Positions 40,740 to 53,270 are shown, counted from the stretch's first letter. The stretch is DNA of 53,270 bases from Catajapyx aquilonaris (GCA_000934665.2 JYFJ02002657.1:1-53270); one strand, 5' to 3'. Numbers and translations are program-made. Notes: generated from the sequence alone by a model not told the origin.

Positions 40740-43700
40740 ATTTAAAATTTTTACCAATAGTAACAAATATCTTCATAATTTTTAAAAGTGCATCTAGTCA
40801 ATTATAGTGCAAAATTGATAGGTTGAGTCCTGCAATATTCTTCTTAACTATCGGATATAGGCAACTAATTTCCAATTTATAACTTCCGTTTCACTGTATA
40901 TATACATAGAGGAAGACGATTTATGCATGAGAATGCAGGCAGAAAGAAAAGTTGATAGGTTCAAACATTGAGCACAAAGAGCGGTGAAGACGCAATTTTC
41001 CTTTTTTCCGTGGGCTGTTAGCATGAAAAACAGAATGCATATTGCGCAGCCGGCCAACCGTTTTAGGAAATCGCCTTCCAACCAAATGGAACTACTCATG
41101 CATTTCGCATCTTCCTTCATGTCCCTCATTCCGTGGTCGGAGTCTTCCCAGCTGCCACAACATACTATATTCTCAACTTTTAATGAAACGCCATTCAAAG
41201 TAATGTACTCATTCATAGCCGAGGAGAACTATGCACCTTTTGGATTACAGATATAAGGAGAATATTAATTTTGGGGGGAAAATATGTTCCGAAACTGGCT
41301 GAAAATATCAAATCGGTTGACCTGTGCTATACAGTCAGTGTGTCTGCAACTGAGAAGCCTAAAGGCGTAGCAAATCAAGATATAATGCAAAAAAGTCATT
41401 GCCCGTAACGCATTACTCGCGTCAAATTAACGTTACCTGACTGGAGTTATATTGCCCGGTAGCCATTACACTGTGCACTTTATATCCCTCACACAACATA
41501 GTTCAATGCGACTACATGTGACACAACAAATGATTTTAGGGGTGAGGCCGTAACGAAAAAAAAACGTGTTCAAAAAGCCATCCACACATGCAAAACTTTC
41601 CAACAAATGCACTGTCATGTGGTTTTGGGGATAGGTGGTGGGGTAGTGGGAGGGGGGGGGGGGGTGGAAGAGGGAGGTTTTTAAAAAAGCGCAGAGTGGT
41701 CAGATGCACCAAAGTTGCGCTACAGTTACGCCATATGCTCAGGACAGGTACCCAGGCTATGAACAGCGCGGCAATTTGTGTATCAGGAAAATTTGACCCA
41801 ACTTGACCGTGCGCAGTGAAACCTCCAAAAGGCAGTTTTCAAGTATGAAACTGTAAATTGATACGAGCTGGAAATAAAAAAATTTTGGACTAGGTTTTTC
41901 CCCCTGAATGTCAGAGGGGGTTTCCAATGCAACTCTACGTGGTGTGGATGTTTGAAAAAAGAAGGGGCAAAAATTGCCCTCCCGCAACTTCCACTCCTTT
42001 TTCTACGCAATATTGATTGCCAAGGCCTTGGAAAGTAATGACAACCTAGGCCCGTTGTATCCCTGACAGCCTCTGCGGAGAGGCCATCAGCGAAATCCGA
42101 TCCCGTCTGGCAAAAGGCTGCCAATGTCTCTCGGGATATTACCAACGGCTGCACCCTCGTCTTGCTCCTCCAACATTTTGCTCCTCTTTTTTTATAAACC
42201 AACCGCAAAACCCACATCCACATTTCAGGTCACAAAGCCCAATTTCACACATTTTTAACCGCCAACCTTTTACTTCCAACCACTAATTCACTATGTCTTT
42301 TATATAGAAAAAATAGTTTGGGGTCTAAATGTGTTGACCCAGCGCAGTGAGTGGTAGAATCTTATATTTTTTTGCGTTTCCTCCTCGAATGAGATCCGAA
42401 AAACAAATCGATTTGGACAAATGATTGTGATGCATTGGCTGCCACGGAAATTGCAGCGTTTCAACAATCTGAGCAAACTTGTGTCAAATTGTTACTTATT
42501 CAGGTCGACAGTTTTCTCAAATGCTTCATTTCATTGGCAGGAAGCGATTTGTAAATCCGGCTGACAGGCTTAGCAAACTGTACGCCTGGAAAAGTGATCG
42601 CGCTATTTTTATTTGCCAATTTTTTGCACCATTTGGCAGGTAGAGAAAAATGGTCACATTTCTGCACTTGTGCAACTTTCGTGCTCAACAAACAGCACTG
42701 TAATCGACCTTTCAGAATGATTCGATTTTTAATAGCTATTCTGCAAATTTGCAATCTCGCGTCTATCGCAGTTGAGTAGAAAATTTTATAAATGCAATTG
42801 TTGTTTTGTGATACTCTGTATGCGTGCGTTTCTATTTCCGGGTGGTAGCGCCGAGCGTGAAAAATAAGCGGAAATATATCTCATAATGCGAATACCAATC
42901 TCTAGAATCTAACCCACTTTACGTTCGCCAATCCCAATATTGCGGATTTTATTCAATGCGAGAGACGATGTGCGACTTTTACTTCGGAGCGTCTCATTTC
43001 AATGCTTATTGGCTTTATTAGAGAGCTGAGAAATTCCATGCAAATCGCTATAGTAAAGAAGAACAGGTTTTCTTCCAGCCCCCCTCCCCCCCACCCTCCA
43101 CCCATCCTCCAAAACTCAATCAGAAGGGAATGTGGTGACAGCTGAGCAACCAAAATTTTCCTCAAGTTTGGGAAAATGATGGAATAAATGGACAATGTTG
43201 TTGCAGTGTTGTGTCAGGAATGAAAAAATGTAATGCGCCTTTTTTTAGTTGGCCTTAGGTTTCTTTTATAGGTATAGGCCTGCATTTCCCAGCCGGAATG
43301 CAATCAGACCATGCGAATACGTTTTTTCCCCGCATTCCCAAGTTTGGCATTTCTCTATCTCTCAGCTAGCACGCAGCACAGATTAAAAGAGCCTTTTGTG
43401 ACATGTGACAGCAGACGTGCTAACGACTAAACTTGTGTGAAATATAACAACGATGATAAGATCCTGAATCTACGTCAGTGTGCGAACATGCACTGCGCAA
43501 CAGAGATATCCAATATCATCCCCAAAGCACTATTCACACAAAAAACTGTGCAAAAAATGTGAAAAAGCAGCAAACCGCAGCATGCTGATATCTAGCAATG
43601 CATCACTATGCGCACTCAGAAACGGACACACACACAAAAAATCGTATTTATGAAAACGCCGCCACAACCATCCTGCAATTATCGCTGGAATGAGCACGGA

Positions 43701-46700
43701 ATGAACACACTTCACAAGCAACCAATTAAAAGCAAGCTTTCATTTGGGAGAAGAGCCTTACGTAGTGAGGCGTCTGCTATTATAGCCAACCGCAATCCGA
43801 GCACAGCAAACAATCGATCCCTAACTTCAGGGCATTCTACATTATGCAATAACGAAGAGTGATTGGGGAGGTGTAGGAGAATCTCAGCCGCTGACACAGT
43901 TGATCAAGGACCAATCCTAATTCACAGCCTAAGATTAAGGTCGTCTACATAAAGTTGGGGTTTCGTCGTTTCCCTTGGCCCACTAGGATTGCTCGCTCCC
44001 ATTAAGAAGATCCTGGACCAATTTGTAATCGTCCAGGTGCTAAGCGGAAAAGATCACGCTGCTCAGGAATAGTTATAAATGAGGAGGATGTGTGCTCTAA
44101 CTAGATTGGGTGGAATTCAAATCTTGTTTTTATTGCACCAGGAAAATGTCACGGTAGACCACTAGCTTCTCTCTGCCTTAAGCATCCGGAGAAGAACTTG
44201 AACTGATTTTATATGGCAAGTCATTCGGATAGTGTTTCAGTACTTACTGGTATGTCAAATTTATTGATTGAAATCCAAAATAATATTGCTTTCCTTCTTC
44301 AATGCAGGCTGGTAGCATCGGTGCCTTACAAAACAGAGTTAATTCATGGCACGAGAGGAATATGTGCGCAGACTTCAAGATCGAGTCGGCGTAACACGAC
44401 TACACCTTAAAAGAATTAACGACACCTATTTGATGCCAAGAGCTCAAAGTTTGGAAGGCTTGGTAAAGTTCTAGATGGGCTGACTACAAAGAAACAAAAG
44501 TTGCACTGTAGTACGGTAAGTGGTGAAGATGGACGAGAAGCAAAGTGATCCCTAATGAAGAGTATCTGCCTCGGGGCTCCAATGAAGAATGAAAGTGCGA
44601 GAAAAGAGAAGGCAGACGTCGTCTTCGGCCTGCAACTCAACACGGTGTAAAGTGGGTGACGTGGAACAGTTCCGAGATGAAGACGGTGGGAGGGGATGAG
44701 GAGTCGAGTGGTAGACCGAGACGAGGAAATGTAGTGCTCTTCGGCAGTTCTTTCTTCCTTTGGCTCCGGACCCTTTCAGCCAATACACCAAATAAACAAG
44801 GGGAGAAGTGAACCCTGCAGAATTGAACGAGGCGCGCAGGATATACTGCTGCCCAACTTACGGCTAACAACGGTCTATAACAAGGGCTCGCCTTCTAGGA
44901 ATTATAAAATGGAAGGCCACTCGCCAATTACACTAGAGTTATTTTCGCAAAGTCCCATTTCTCACCCGGGCAGCCCTAGAAGCCTTTGTCACCAAGCTTC
45001 CTGCTGCGAATATGATCATTTTGATCGAGACGTCAAGGTTGGCCCTATAAAAAGAGGCTCAACCCTTCGTCTACAGTGGCAGGTACAGTACGTACCATTT
45101 GGGATTGGAGCCATCAAGATTGTATGAACATAAGAGTAGAAGAAAATAATTGAAGAATTGACAAAATAAAAGTGGAGGCCTATGGCCTGCTATTTCCTAT
45201 ACAGCAGTCTATATTCGTGTCAAGTGGCGAATCATTGAGATGCCAACTGGGGGCTACATTTTTGTTGTGGAGGGCCCTTCTTCGCTTGTTTGTCCAAGTT
45301 TCTTTCTGTTTTTTCTTCTATGCCACGCATTCGCCCACCCAGAAACAGACGGACAGAACGAGCCAACAAATCCTCATCCCAGCCTAACAAGTCGTGCGAC
45401 AAAAGCAACTCAAAGAAAGACTGGTGGTTGGCGGTACAAGGTATACACTTCTGTCTACAACAGTTAAGCGGTAGTAAGGAAGAGGCCGGATTACCGACAG
45501 CCTCATGTTTATCCATGTTCCTTCCTCTAAGGCTTTGCACTATTTACACCAGCGTTCTCTTCTTTCTCTTTCTTTCTTCCTACCTATTATTTAATACTCT
45601 ACAACCAATAAATATTCAGGAGTGCCGACAATGTGTATGCGTTGATGAAGTCTTCCAAGCACAAGAAGCACCTGTCACGCGTTGCTACAAGGAATGGAGA
45701 ATTCAAAGGTAAACTTCCACCAACGAAATGTTTTATTCAAGTTGTCAGCAGTTCGTCGCATATATAGAACTCCACTTGAAATGACATTTTCCTGCGACTT
45801 GCTCACAGAACGCGAGATGTACTGGCACTTAAATTATGCGAATTACAAATGTCTTTCCTAGGTCCCGAAATCATCAGAGAGATAATAATGATACAAACAT
45901 TGCTGTAAAATCAGGACACTTATGCGAGTTGTGCATTTCAGCCCATAACGTAAATCTTAAGGTGTTACCCCTGGGTAGTTCTGTGAGACACCACGATATA
46001 TCGATATATTTTACTTGATAATATGGTGCTAAGTTCGAGATAATCTGGAGCTGTCAGCAATGAGAATGCGATAAAATCGTAGTGTTACCTTTGTCAGTTA
46101 CAACGTGCAAAGTAGTTTGAATAGGGCAGTAGCTGGCGGCAAGACTGCAGCGAATATCCGCAGCCTTGACTCAGTGACCACACGAAAGAGCTATTCGACG
46201 CTACTTGTCACGTCTAAGTGCTTCACACACAACAATACCGCGTCCGCCTGAACTCCCGTCTCCACCGGCAAAAACCGGATTATCTGAAATCTTCGGAGAA
46301 CAAGACCTGCCACTCCAAAAGTACCGCCGTCTCGGACAGAGATTAAACACACCATCCCACAACTGGCAACGGTGATCGATATGACCAGTAAATTTTAGGC
46401 CGCCCTCGATAAGGTGTGACATTAGCACTTGGAGAGTTGGTAGCGACAACCATCAGCCCAAGAGAGTGGATGCGACCTCTTCAATCACCAAAAAAGTAGG
46501 TCCCGCAAAAGGGAATGGAAGCAGCAGGAAGGTTGCAAAGCAAAAATGGGGGATCGATACCACTCTCGATCAATCCACAAAAGCTTTAATTTACACTATA
46601 ACATTGTATGCCCATCAGCAAGCCTAAATAAATAATTGCGCATTCTGTATAGGGATAACAATCATGCATGGTGGATTATTATTTTATTCTCGTGGAGTTG

Positions 46701-47735
46701 TTTTCTTTTGTTGAATCAGTGTTCCATTCATTTCAAAAAATCCCTGCCAACTTCCAAGCCGAGTGAAAAGACCCAGGCTTGTTGGCGCAAATGTAAGAGA
46801 GGAACTTACAAGTTTGTTATTTTCACATGCGCTAAGAAAATGCGGAAATTTTAATACGCAGGCAGCCGCGCCCCCACGTTTGCAAAAAAAACTGTAAAAA
46901 ATTGTGGCGCCAAAATCTCTGGAGATTTTGTACCTCGGCCCAAGGCGGGTCCAAGACAAGAGAAAAGAAGGAACCACTGGAGTGGGAAGAAGATAACCCT
47001 CCGGTTTCTAAAATATTAGCCTCTGACCCAGCTAAGGGGAAAAAAAGAACAAAAGTTGAGCAGGGGAGATAAAGTTAGAAGCTCCTTCCCTTCAAAAAGT
47101 TGCAGAGTCATAACCCACTTCTTGGGCTAATGACACTCACTATTAAATATTTTAGACCAGAGTATTGGAACTAATAGATGGCTCTGACCAATGCATGATA
47201 GAGTCGAGAACTAATGAAAGAGACAAGATCTTGGAACATTTTGTTTTAATTACCCACCTAAGAGGGAATTCATATTGCAAAGCTTAGATGGGTGCTAGAA
47301 ATGACAAGGATGAAAACGGAACTTTGTAGCAAAATTAATATTGCGGCCGTTCAACCGCATAATGTCCACACCTTGAAGCTCCCAGCATGCTTCCTTTTGA
47401 CAGCAATGCAAGGCAATATCACTAGAACTAGAGTATACAATGCGTTACATGATGACCTCATGCAGTGCCCTTATGTTAAACAGCAAATTAAATCCTACCG
47501 TAAGAATAGGATTCCCCGGCAAAGGACCTGTTCAAAGTTATCCTGACTAAGAAAGGCAACCTACATGGCACAATGATTCATGTATTTAGAGTGGATTATA
47601 TCACGGAAACTTGGCAACGTAGGGGAGTTGGATCGAAATGGCTGCTGTCCAGCCACTCTAATATATTGTCATTCAATGGAAGAATGATTCTAACAGCTGA
47701 CGTGCAGCTGACCTTCAACGCTTCACCCGTTTGGA

Positions 47736-47976
47736 CCATGGTCATAGAATACTAAGGTCTGGACACTACCACCCACCCCCTGGGACAAAAGGGAAGCGCT
47801 ACATTGGGGGGGCCAACATGGCCGCCGGCGACCATGTTGGGTCCCCCAATGTAGCGCTTCCCTTTTGTACCTATAGAGTTCAGCCTAGTCCGGTAGGGTC
47901 GCCACATGATTGCTCCGGGAAATGTCTCGCTCATGGCGCTCTCAGCTGAGCACCTCCTACAAAACGCCCCGACAGG
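47736..47976. mobile_element. Palindrome-centred non-autonomous element, copy 1 (left arm internally deleted)
   Basis: 84-nt spacerless palindrome at 47785-47868 (42-bp arms, 3 mismatches). 47869-47976 is the reverse complement of ~53101-53207. The left end CCATGG..TAGAATACT.AGGT...CCACCCACCCCCTG is shared with 53058-53105. Confidence 0.9.
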
Positions 47977-48544
47977 TGATAAGATCAGAAGGTAGAGGTA
48001 GGCTGGTTTGGACCAAGGGTTTGGGCCTTCTTTACAAACAAACGCCATTGTGAATCCATCCCTCTCTGCGCCTCTCTCGCTTTTCGGGTAACCTTGGCGA
48101 GAGAAAGAGAAGAGAGGGAGAGATACGCGACTGAACATACGCGGCATATCTCGATGGGATATTTCGCATGTTGGAGTCTCTAAGGCGGCATTATTTTGTC
48201 TCACGCGAATATTCTTACAACATTTTTACGGGGTCAAAACCACATGAATTTTCGTACCTCTAATAATATTCTACTAATCAAAGAGTTCATTTTTTGAATA
48301 CTGCCAAGGCCGCTAGGTAGCAACACCTACCACATCAAAGATACAGTAAGTGGTGAACACTGCGGCCTTTAGCGTAAAACTAGGTGCATAGAATATGCAC
48401 TACAAACCTGATTTTTGTCGTTTGGTTTGCGGAGCTACTCAGGGTAACCTTGAACAGGTACTTTTTAATTCTTATTATTAATTTTTTGCTTTCACCTTCA
48501 TTGTCAACAACCAACAAGGAAATAGACTACTCGGATGACAAGCC

Positions 48545-48610
48545 GGGAGGTTAGGAGTCGGGGGATCGAACTCATGACCTTACCCTTATTGTGTGGCCCA
48601 GTGCTGGCAT
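48545..48610 (-). mobile_element. tRNA-like SINE head fragment
   Basis: Minus strand AAGGTCATGAGTTCGATCCCCCG is B-box-like; no body recognised. Confidence 0.35.
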
Positions 48611-48785
48611 AACTGCTAAACCGGCGTGCCCCCCTGACGCCCAACAATTTCCTCGGAAGCCGACAATATTCAGTGAATGGGACTTGCGGAAAGCTCCAGG
48701 GCGACTTAATTACCAGTTCTCCTGGGCCGTGGGCCAAAGATCCAGCCTCGTGGAGCCTAAACGTGCGCATGCACGGAAGCGGAAA

Positions 48786-49092
48786 TCTCCATCATGTGCA
48801 TATAAATGCATTAGCGTCAATAGCCTAGCTGCGCTACGTGTGATGTGTACCCATACACAGTGCATATCTAATGCAATTGTTAGCATGTCACTCCCGAAAT
48901 GGGAAAATAGGCGTGCAGGTTGATGTGTAGCCCAGGAGGGAATAACCAGCAAGGGGTTATTCATACAGTAATATCGGGACCACCAACAGGATGACGTATT
49001 GATTATCAAGCCCAAGGGCTGTATAAAATATGTACGGCGTTTGGAGTTAAACCAACAACCGAGTCGTTCAGGAAACGAAACCTCCATTTTTT
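48786..49092 (+). pseudogene. Decayed THAP-domain relic, the best preserved in the window
   Basis: One frame with two stops: SPSCAYKC...SLPKWENRRAG*CVA...DHQQDDVLI...RRLEL...TSIF, compared with THAP MPSCxAxxC...FPKDxxRRxxWxxA...HFxxDD...RxxL...PSIF. The TGA falls where the conserved Trp (TGG) is expected. Confidence 0.55.
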
Positions 49093-49769
49093 GTATGCCT
49101 ACCATTATTATGCAAGCCTACATAACAAAATCAATCGATTGGGAGCCCACTGGAGCTATTATTACCTCCAAACTATTATTACAGGTGTATTGCGGTTCAA
49201 GTTCCATGTGAATATCAATTATTCAGTTTAAAAACAGGTCTAAAAGTGCCGTGTGGGCGACAGATAACGTTAGGTACTGCCCGGAAAAATAAGGCAAGAC
49301 AATACCATCACGTGAGGCAAAATGAAATGAAATTCAAAGAGCCAGAAAAGATAGAGCTCTGCAGGCTGATGCAGTCCAGTTCTCTTTGATTTTTTTTCTT
49401 CATAGAAGCCTTCGGGGAAACATTTCAGAGGAGAAAAAATCACTGACATTACTGACATCTCAAGCTAGCAGTATAACGGTTTTTAAATATTGAAGCTCAT
49501 GTAGCATAAGTTTGTCATACGTAATGCATTCTACACTGCCTATACACATTCATACAGAAATAGGTAACGTGCAGTCAGCAAGGCTGCAACCAGCCTCAAA
49601 CTCGCCATTGGTAAATGTTACCATTTTTAATCAATTATTCACCATCTTGGAATGAAACATCTCAATCGTGACAAGGTCTGCAGTCGACAAAATCTCAGGA
49701 GTAATGCTTATACAAGATAACAGCAGTGCTGTCAGATATTGAGACGAGTGCATAGGGAGGTAACCAGGT

Positions 49770-50145
49770 GAACTGACTTTGACACTGGAAATAGGAACAT
49801 TTCTGGAGAATATTTTTTGTAGCATATTCCACAGCAGGTCAGTACACCAAAACTTGATGTTATTTTGTTGATAGTTGTTCCATGCGCCAGAACCCGTAAC
49901 AAATGAAACACAGGTCGTTGCACTAGTCTAAACACAAGGTATAAAGCAAATTATTGAAGGCTACCGAAGTATTCTCGGTAGAGCCGGTCCGGAGGCCATA
50001 ATACTGCCTCAAATATTTAACTAACCTGTGGTTGCGCAACATGACAAGCCGCCTTAGACATGTACAGAACTCTTCGGCTCCATCCTTTCTCCACCCCTGC
50101 CCTTCATCCCCTACTTCCGCAGCAACCATTACTTGGTAATGACAC
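49770..50145 (-). pseudogene. Decayed SWIM-finger ORF, ISL2EU ORF2-like
   Basis: HYQVMV...FCTC, then with frameshifts KA(G)LSCC.NH, later NLLYTL, GAWNN and NVPISSV. This resembles YxVxV...CxCxAGx..CxH..ALL...WN and VPxGSV segments of ISL2EU accessory proteins. Confidence 0.4.
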
Positions 50146-50876
50146 ACAAAAATTCCAGAAAATATACGGGTATGAAACTGGCATTAATTTGGATTTAAAT
50201 ATATAATCAAAATATTGATTCGAATACTAACGTACAGTCCTTGCTCATGATTCGTACCATGCAAAGTTGTATGGGGCTTACCTTAAAACCTCGGCTTTCA
50301 ACGCAACACAGACACAGTGAACTCTTAAAATATCTGAGAAATGCATTTAAAAATCTTAAATGCTTCCGTTCAGCCTTTTCACAGCAGGGCACAGCGTAGT
50401 AGTTATGTGGCCGTTCTTTTTCTCCCTCAAAAATCCCTAGTTTACAACAACGCACCATTTAGTTTCTGTCAGACCTTGCAGTAACCTCCGGGGAATAAAT
50501 AATAACCACCGAGGTAATTAACCGCAGCTCCACACTTCAGCAGAACTGGGCTCCCGCCTTGTGTGCCACACTGGATGGAAAGCCCAAATGTATTGTGATA
50601 AACCTGGAGCGATTTTTAATGCACATATGCGCTGGTTCTGCAGACATTCCCTAACCCATTTCTACACATTTCTACAAAATGAAACACCAGACCTTATTTT
50701 CTTTTCCGAACTTCATCTATCACTCCAACAACATGTGCACAATGAGCCCTCGATTATCCGCGGTAATTGGTTCTAAGCCCCACTGAGTGAAACCTTTAAA
50801 ATATAACATGTTAAGCATACTTACGATATGACTGTTTAATTTACAAAATATGCACAGCATGATATATCCACAAGAA

Positions 50877-52005
50877 TAGCTCTATGCAACACGAAATTTG
50901 TCCATGGAAATTCATCGCTATTTCCATGTTCCTTAGGTCATTTTGTCTTGGGTTTGTTTTTGACCTCGGGGCAGTCAAAAACCCAAAATCCTCAAATATA
51001 GGAGCTTTTCCCAATCAAGTGGGTCTAAATTAATGTTGCTAGACCATCTTGGATTTTGCTGGAAAAATCACAGCTGTACAGACCTATCCAACGCTGCATG
51101 ATTATAAAGTTTCAGACAAATTGCGAATAACCGTGGTGAGGGGAAAAATCGCAGAAATTTGTAAATGGGGAATTTTTGGGGTAATTTTTTCCGTTTAATG
51201 GAACAGGTCAAAATTCAATCAACATATACAGCGAATTAAAGACAAATGCGAGGGGAGTGCGCCTATGAAATTTGTTTTCCTCTGGAATGTAACCAGGAAA
51301 ACGTGTGTGGCATTTCATTGGTCACATGTCCAAGAATTTGGGTCCTTGAAAAATAATTATATATCTGAAAACCCTATCTATTATTTTCTCGAGAGTCATA
51401 CATGACCCAGGATTGAAACTGAACATTTGGGTCGCAACTCCTGTCACCAAATATGGCTGCTCTTATGCAAATACATCACTAATTGTTGGGGGTCTTAACA
51501 CTTGGGCATGTTCCTGAGCATATGACCGATGGAATGCCACACACGTTTTTGGTTACATTTTCGAAGAAAACAAATTCCACAGGCGCATTCCCCTCGCGTT
51601 TCTCTCTTTAATTCGCTGTATATGCTAGTGGAAGTGTTCAAAATTCAATCAACAGAAAAAATTATCAGTCCAAAAGAGGCCACATTTCCATATTTTCGCG
51701 ATTTTTTTCCTCACCACGGTTTTTCGCAATTTGGCTGAAACTTTATATGCAGTGTTACGGCATAGGTGTGTACAGCTGTGATTTTTTCCAGAAAAATCCA
51801 AGATGGTCTAGCAACATTAATTTGGGGCCACTTGATTCGGAAAAATCCATATATTTGAAGATTTTGGTTTTTTGACTGCCCCTATGTCAAAAACAAACCC
51901 AAGACAAAATGAATGGTCATTATGAGTTTGGAGTGACCTGGGGAATATGGAAACAACGATGAATTTCCATGGACAGAAAGAGTTGAAATTTTGTTGCATA
52001 GGGTA
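50877..52005. mobile_element. ~1.1 kb foldback element with ~460-bp inverted arms and a ~170-bp spacer
   Basis: Long reverse-complement matches, e.g. AATTAATGTTGCTAGACCATCTTGGATTTT / AAAATCCAAGATGGTCTAGCAACATTAATT, CATTTTGTCTTGGGTTTGTTTTTGAC / GTCAAAAACAAACCCAAGACAAAATG and AACGTGTGTGGCATT / AATGCCACACACGTT; ends CTATGCAAC / GTTGCATAG. Confidence 0.93.
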
Positions 52006-53057
52006 ATTAACAATAAAATAGAATAGGAATAACAAATCAGTACTGTTCTGATTGTTTAAAACTCAATATTTTTCAATATTATTTTATATAGTATACTAAT
52101 ATTTTCAAAATGCGGATAACAGGGAGCTGCATATGCAATGCATTGCTCTTAAAGGTGGCCAATATCAGACCAAGTTAGGGTGGTTCGAAAAATACCTCAA
52201 ATTTGTGAGGTTGAGTGATTTTGATACAAATTAGTAGGCCACACTGCGTATAGAGAGAAGGAGAGGTTATATGTCGCTCCATTACGGGAGTTGAGTTCAT
52301 GCTCCGGTACCATCCCTGTGACAGAAACAGGAGCCGGTTCATCCTGTACGGAAAGAGACCTACGTATGAATCATGTCAAAAACAATTTGGGAAGCTCGCC
52401 TCTGAGTGAAAATGTCCTCTATAGCCCCCCACACCCTCATGTATATACTCCGGAAGTACATGTCGCGAAGAGGAACGGTTATTGCCACGCCCAATTTTCC
52501 TCGCATATTGCAGCATTTCGTGTTGCATCGCAGACTTTTACGGAACTCGGATTTCCTATACATTCTACGAATACGTCACAGCTCTATTTCCACCTGTAGG
52601 ATCATCATGCATGTCAGTTACCGCAGACGTATACTTGTGAGATCAATTTCATTCGCATGTTCACAGGTAGAGACGCATTTAATTGGTTTTTTGATGTAGC
52701 GGGGAATGAGTGATCATGACTTTTATTACGAGTATAATGGAAGGATCCATATATGGCTAGACACAGGCGCATTCATCTACTCTCCATTTGGTGCACTAAA
52801 TCAACAGTGCAGATAAGAGAGAGTTGAGAAACACCGCCTCACAAAACCTAACCCAAAAAATGTTCATGATTATAATCAAAATATTAGTTCTTCTTGGGTC
52901 ACTTGAATGCATTGGACTATAGCAGAGAAAATGTAAACAAATAAATATGAGCCATGAGAGAAATGCACACTATACCGTATAGAGTTAATCATAAATAATA
53001 AGTACATCAGTTACATTCATCGGTTACAAAGATAAGGGCCAGAAGGTACACACTTTC

Positions 53058-53270
53058 CCATGGCTGTAGAATACTCAGGTTAGGTCACTCCCCACCCACC
53101 CCCTGCCGAGGGGTTTTGCAGTGGGTGCTCACCTGAGACCGCCACGAGACATTTCCCAGAGCAATTATGTGGCGACCCTACCGGACCTAAGGCTGAACTT
53201 TATAGGTACGAAAGGGGAGGGCTACATTGGGGGGCCCAACATGGCCGCCGGCGGCCATGTTGGGCCAGCA
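53058..53270. mobile_element. Palindrome-centred non-autonomous element, copy 2 (runs to the window edge)
   Basis: Homologous to 47736-47976; contains the perfect 34-nt palindrome GGCCCAACATGGCCGCCGGCGGCCATGTTGGGCC (53233-53266). Confidence 0.9.

Noticed and set aside
45580..45793. Further THAP-like relics here, at ~43530-43720 and at ~11620-11730 (all -)
   Set aside because: They need too many frameshifts and substitutions, so they are not listed as features.
1..53270. Intact protein-coding genes among the listed ORFs
   Set aside because: All are 155 aa or shorter, overlap in several frames, show no recognisable intact domain, and many derive from microsatellites or SINEs.

Overview
Eukaryotic (animal, probably invertebrate/arthropod-like) non-coding genomic DNA, consistent with a gene desert or a very long intron. 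I see no intact protein-coding gene, rRNA, true tRNA, CRISPR array or prokaryotic operon; the ORF track is almost all short chance ORFs. The window supports: tRNA-headed SINEs (two V-domain SINEs, a second family present twice, a third single copy); several MITE/foldback DNA-transposon derivatives (Tc1/mariner- and pogo-like ends, a ~1.1 kb foldback, a palindrome-centred family present twice); a Helitron-type 3' end; many microsatellites; and several heavily decayed reading frames that resemble THAP zinc fingers, a SWIM finger and a Harbinger/ISL2EU-type DDE C-terminus. I found no convincing new biological system. The best leads are the scattered THAP relics, a possible collapsed ISL2EU-like element at ~48.7-50.2 kb, the rearranged foldbacks, and candidate recursive splice sites on the + strand. 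All protein-relic calls are by-eye motif matches across stops and frameshifts and need HMM confirmation.
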